This document shows, in pieces, positions 19,903-20,000 of a DNA stretch of 20,000 bases. The DNA is taken from positions 234,635 to 254,634 of the forward strand of contig JAXLNO010000362.1 of assembly GCA_038087875.1 (NCBI GenBank), written 5' to 3'. Under the pieces are notes generated by a model, which was not told where the DNA came from, searched no databases, and saw only the letters and a program-made list of their open reading frames with translations. This stretch comes from Malacoraja senta (taxonomy: Eukaryota). A program made the translations under genes and the position numbers. The number at the start of each line of letters is the position of its first letter. Positions within the stretch are counted from its first letter, which is position 1.

Positions 19903-20000
19903 GTAAGTTTAAATAAATCCACATTTTTACTTCTAAATCCATCTCTTTGTCATCTGCATCTTTGACTGCTTCTGCCAGGATAACTCCTGTTCACAGACAC

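Overview
Eukaryotic, repeat-dense intronic DNA, most likely from a cartilaginous fish such as a skate or ray (inferred from HE1/V-SINE and CR1/HER1-type LINE relics). The + strand carries four spliced exons from the 3' half of a Siglec/MAG/CD22-like Ig-superfamily receptor: two apparently identical 282-nt Ig exons (3433-3714, 11469-11750), a MAG-domain-5-like Ig exon (14835-15128) and a transmembrane exon (19806-19902). The identical exons arise from a recent intragenic tandem duplication (1-3731 vs 8953-11767, about 1% diverged). One copy carries an 896-bp GC-rich, non-coding retroelement with a Rex1-type tail and a 7-bp TSD. The introns are a mosaic of nested CR1 fragments, Rex1/Babar fragments, V-SINEs, Penelope-like relics with minimal hammerhead-ribozyme motifs and a GIY-YIG remnant, a likely Helitron 3' end beside a G-rich tract, and microsatellites. 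Nearly all ORFs in the track are retroelement debris or spurious. Repeat boundaries are approximate and family calls come from recognition, not database searches.
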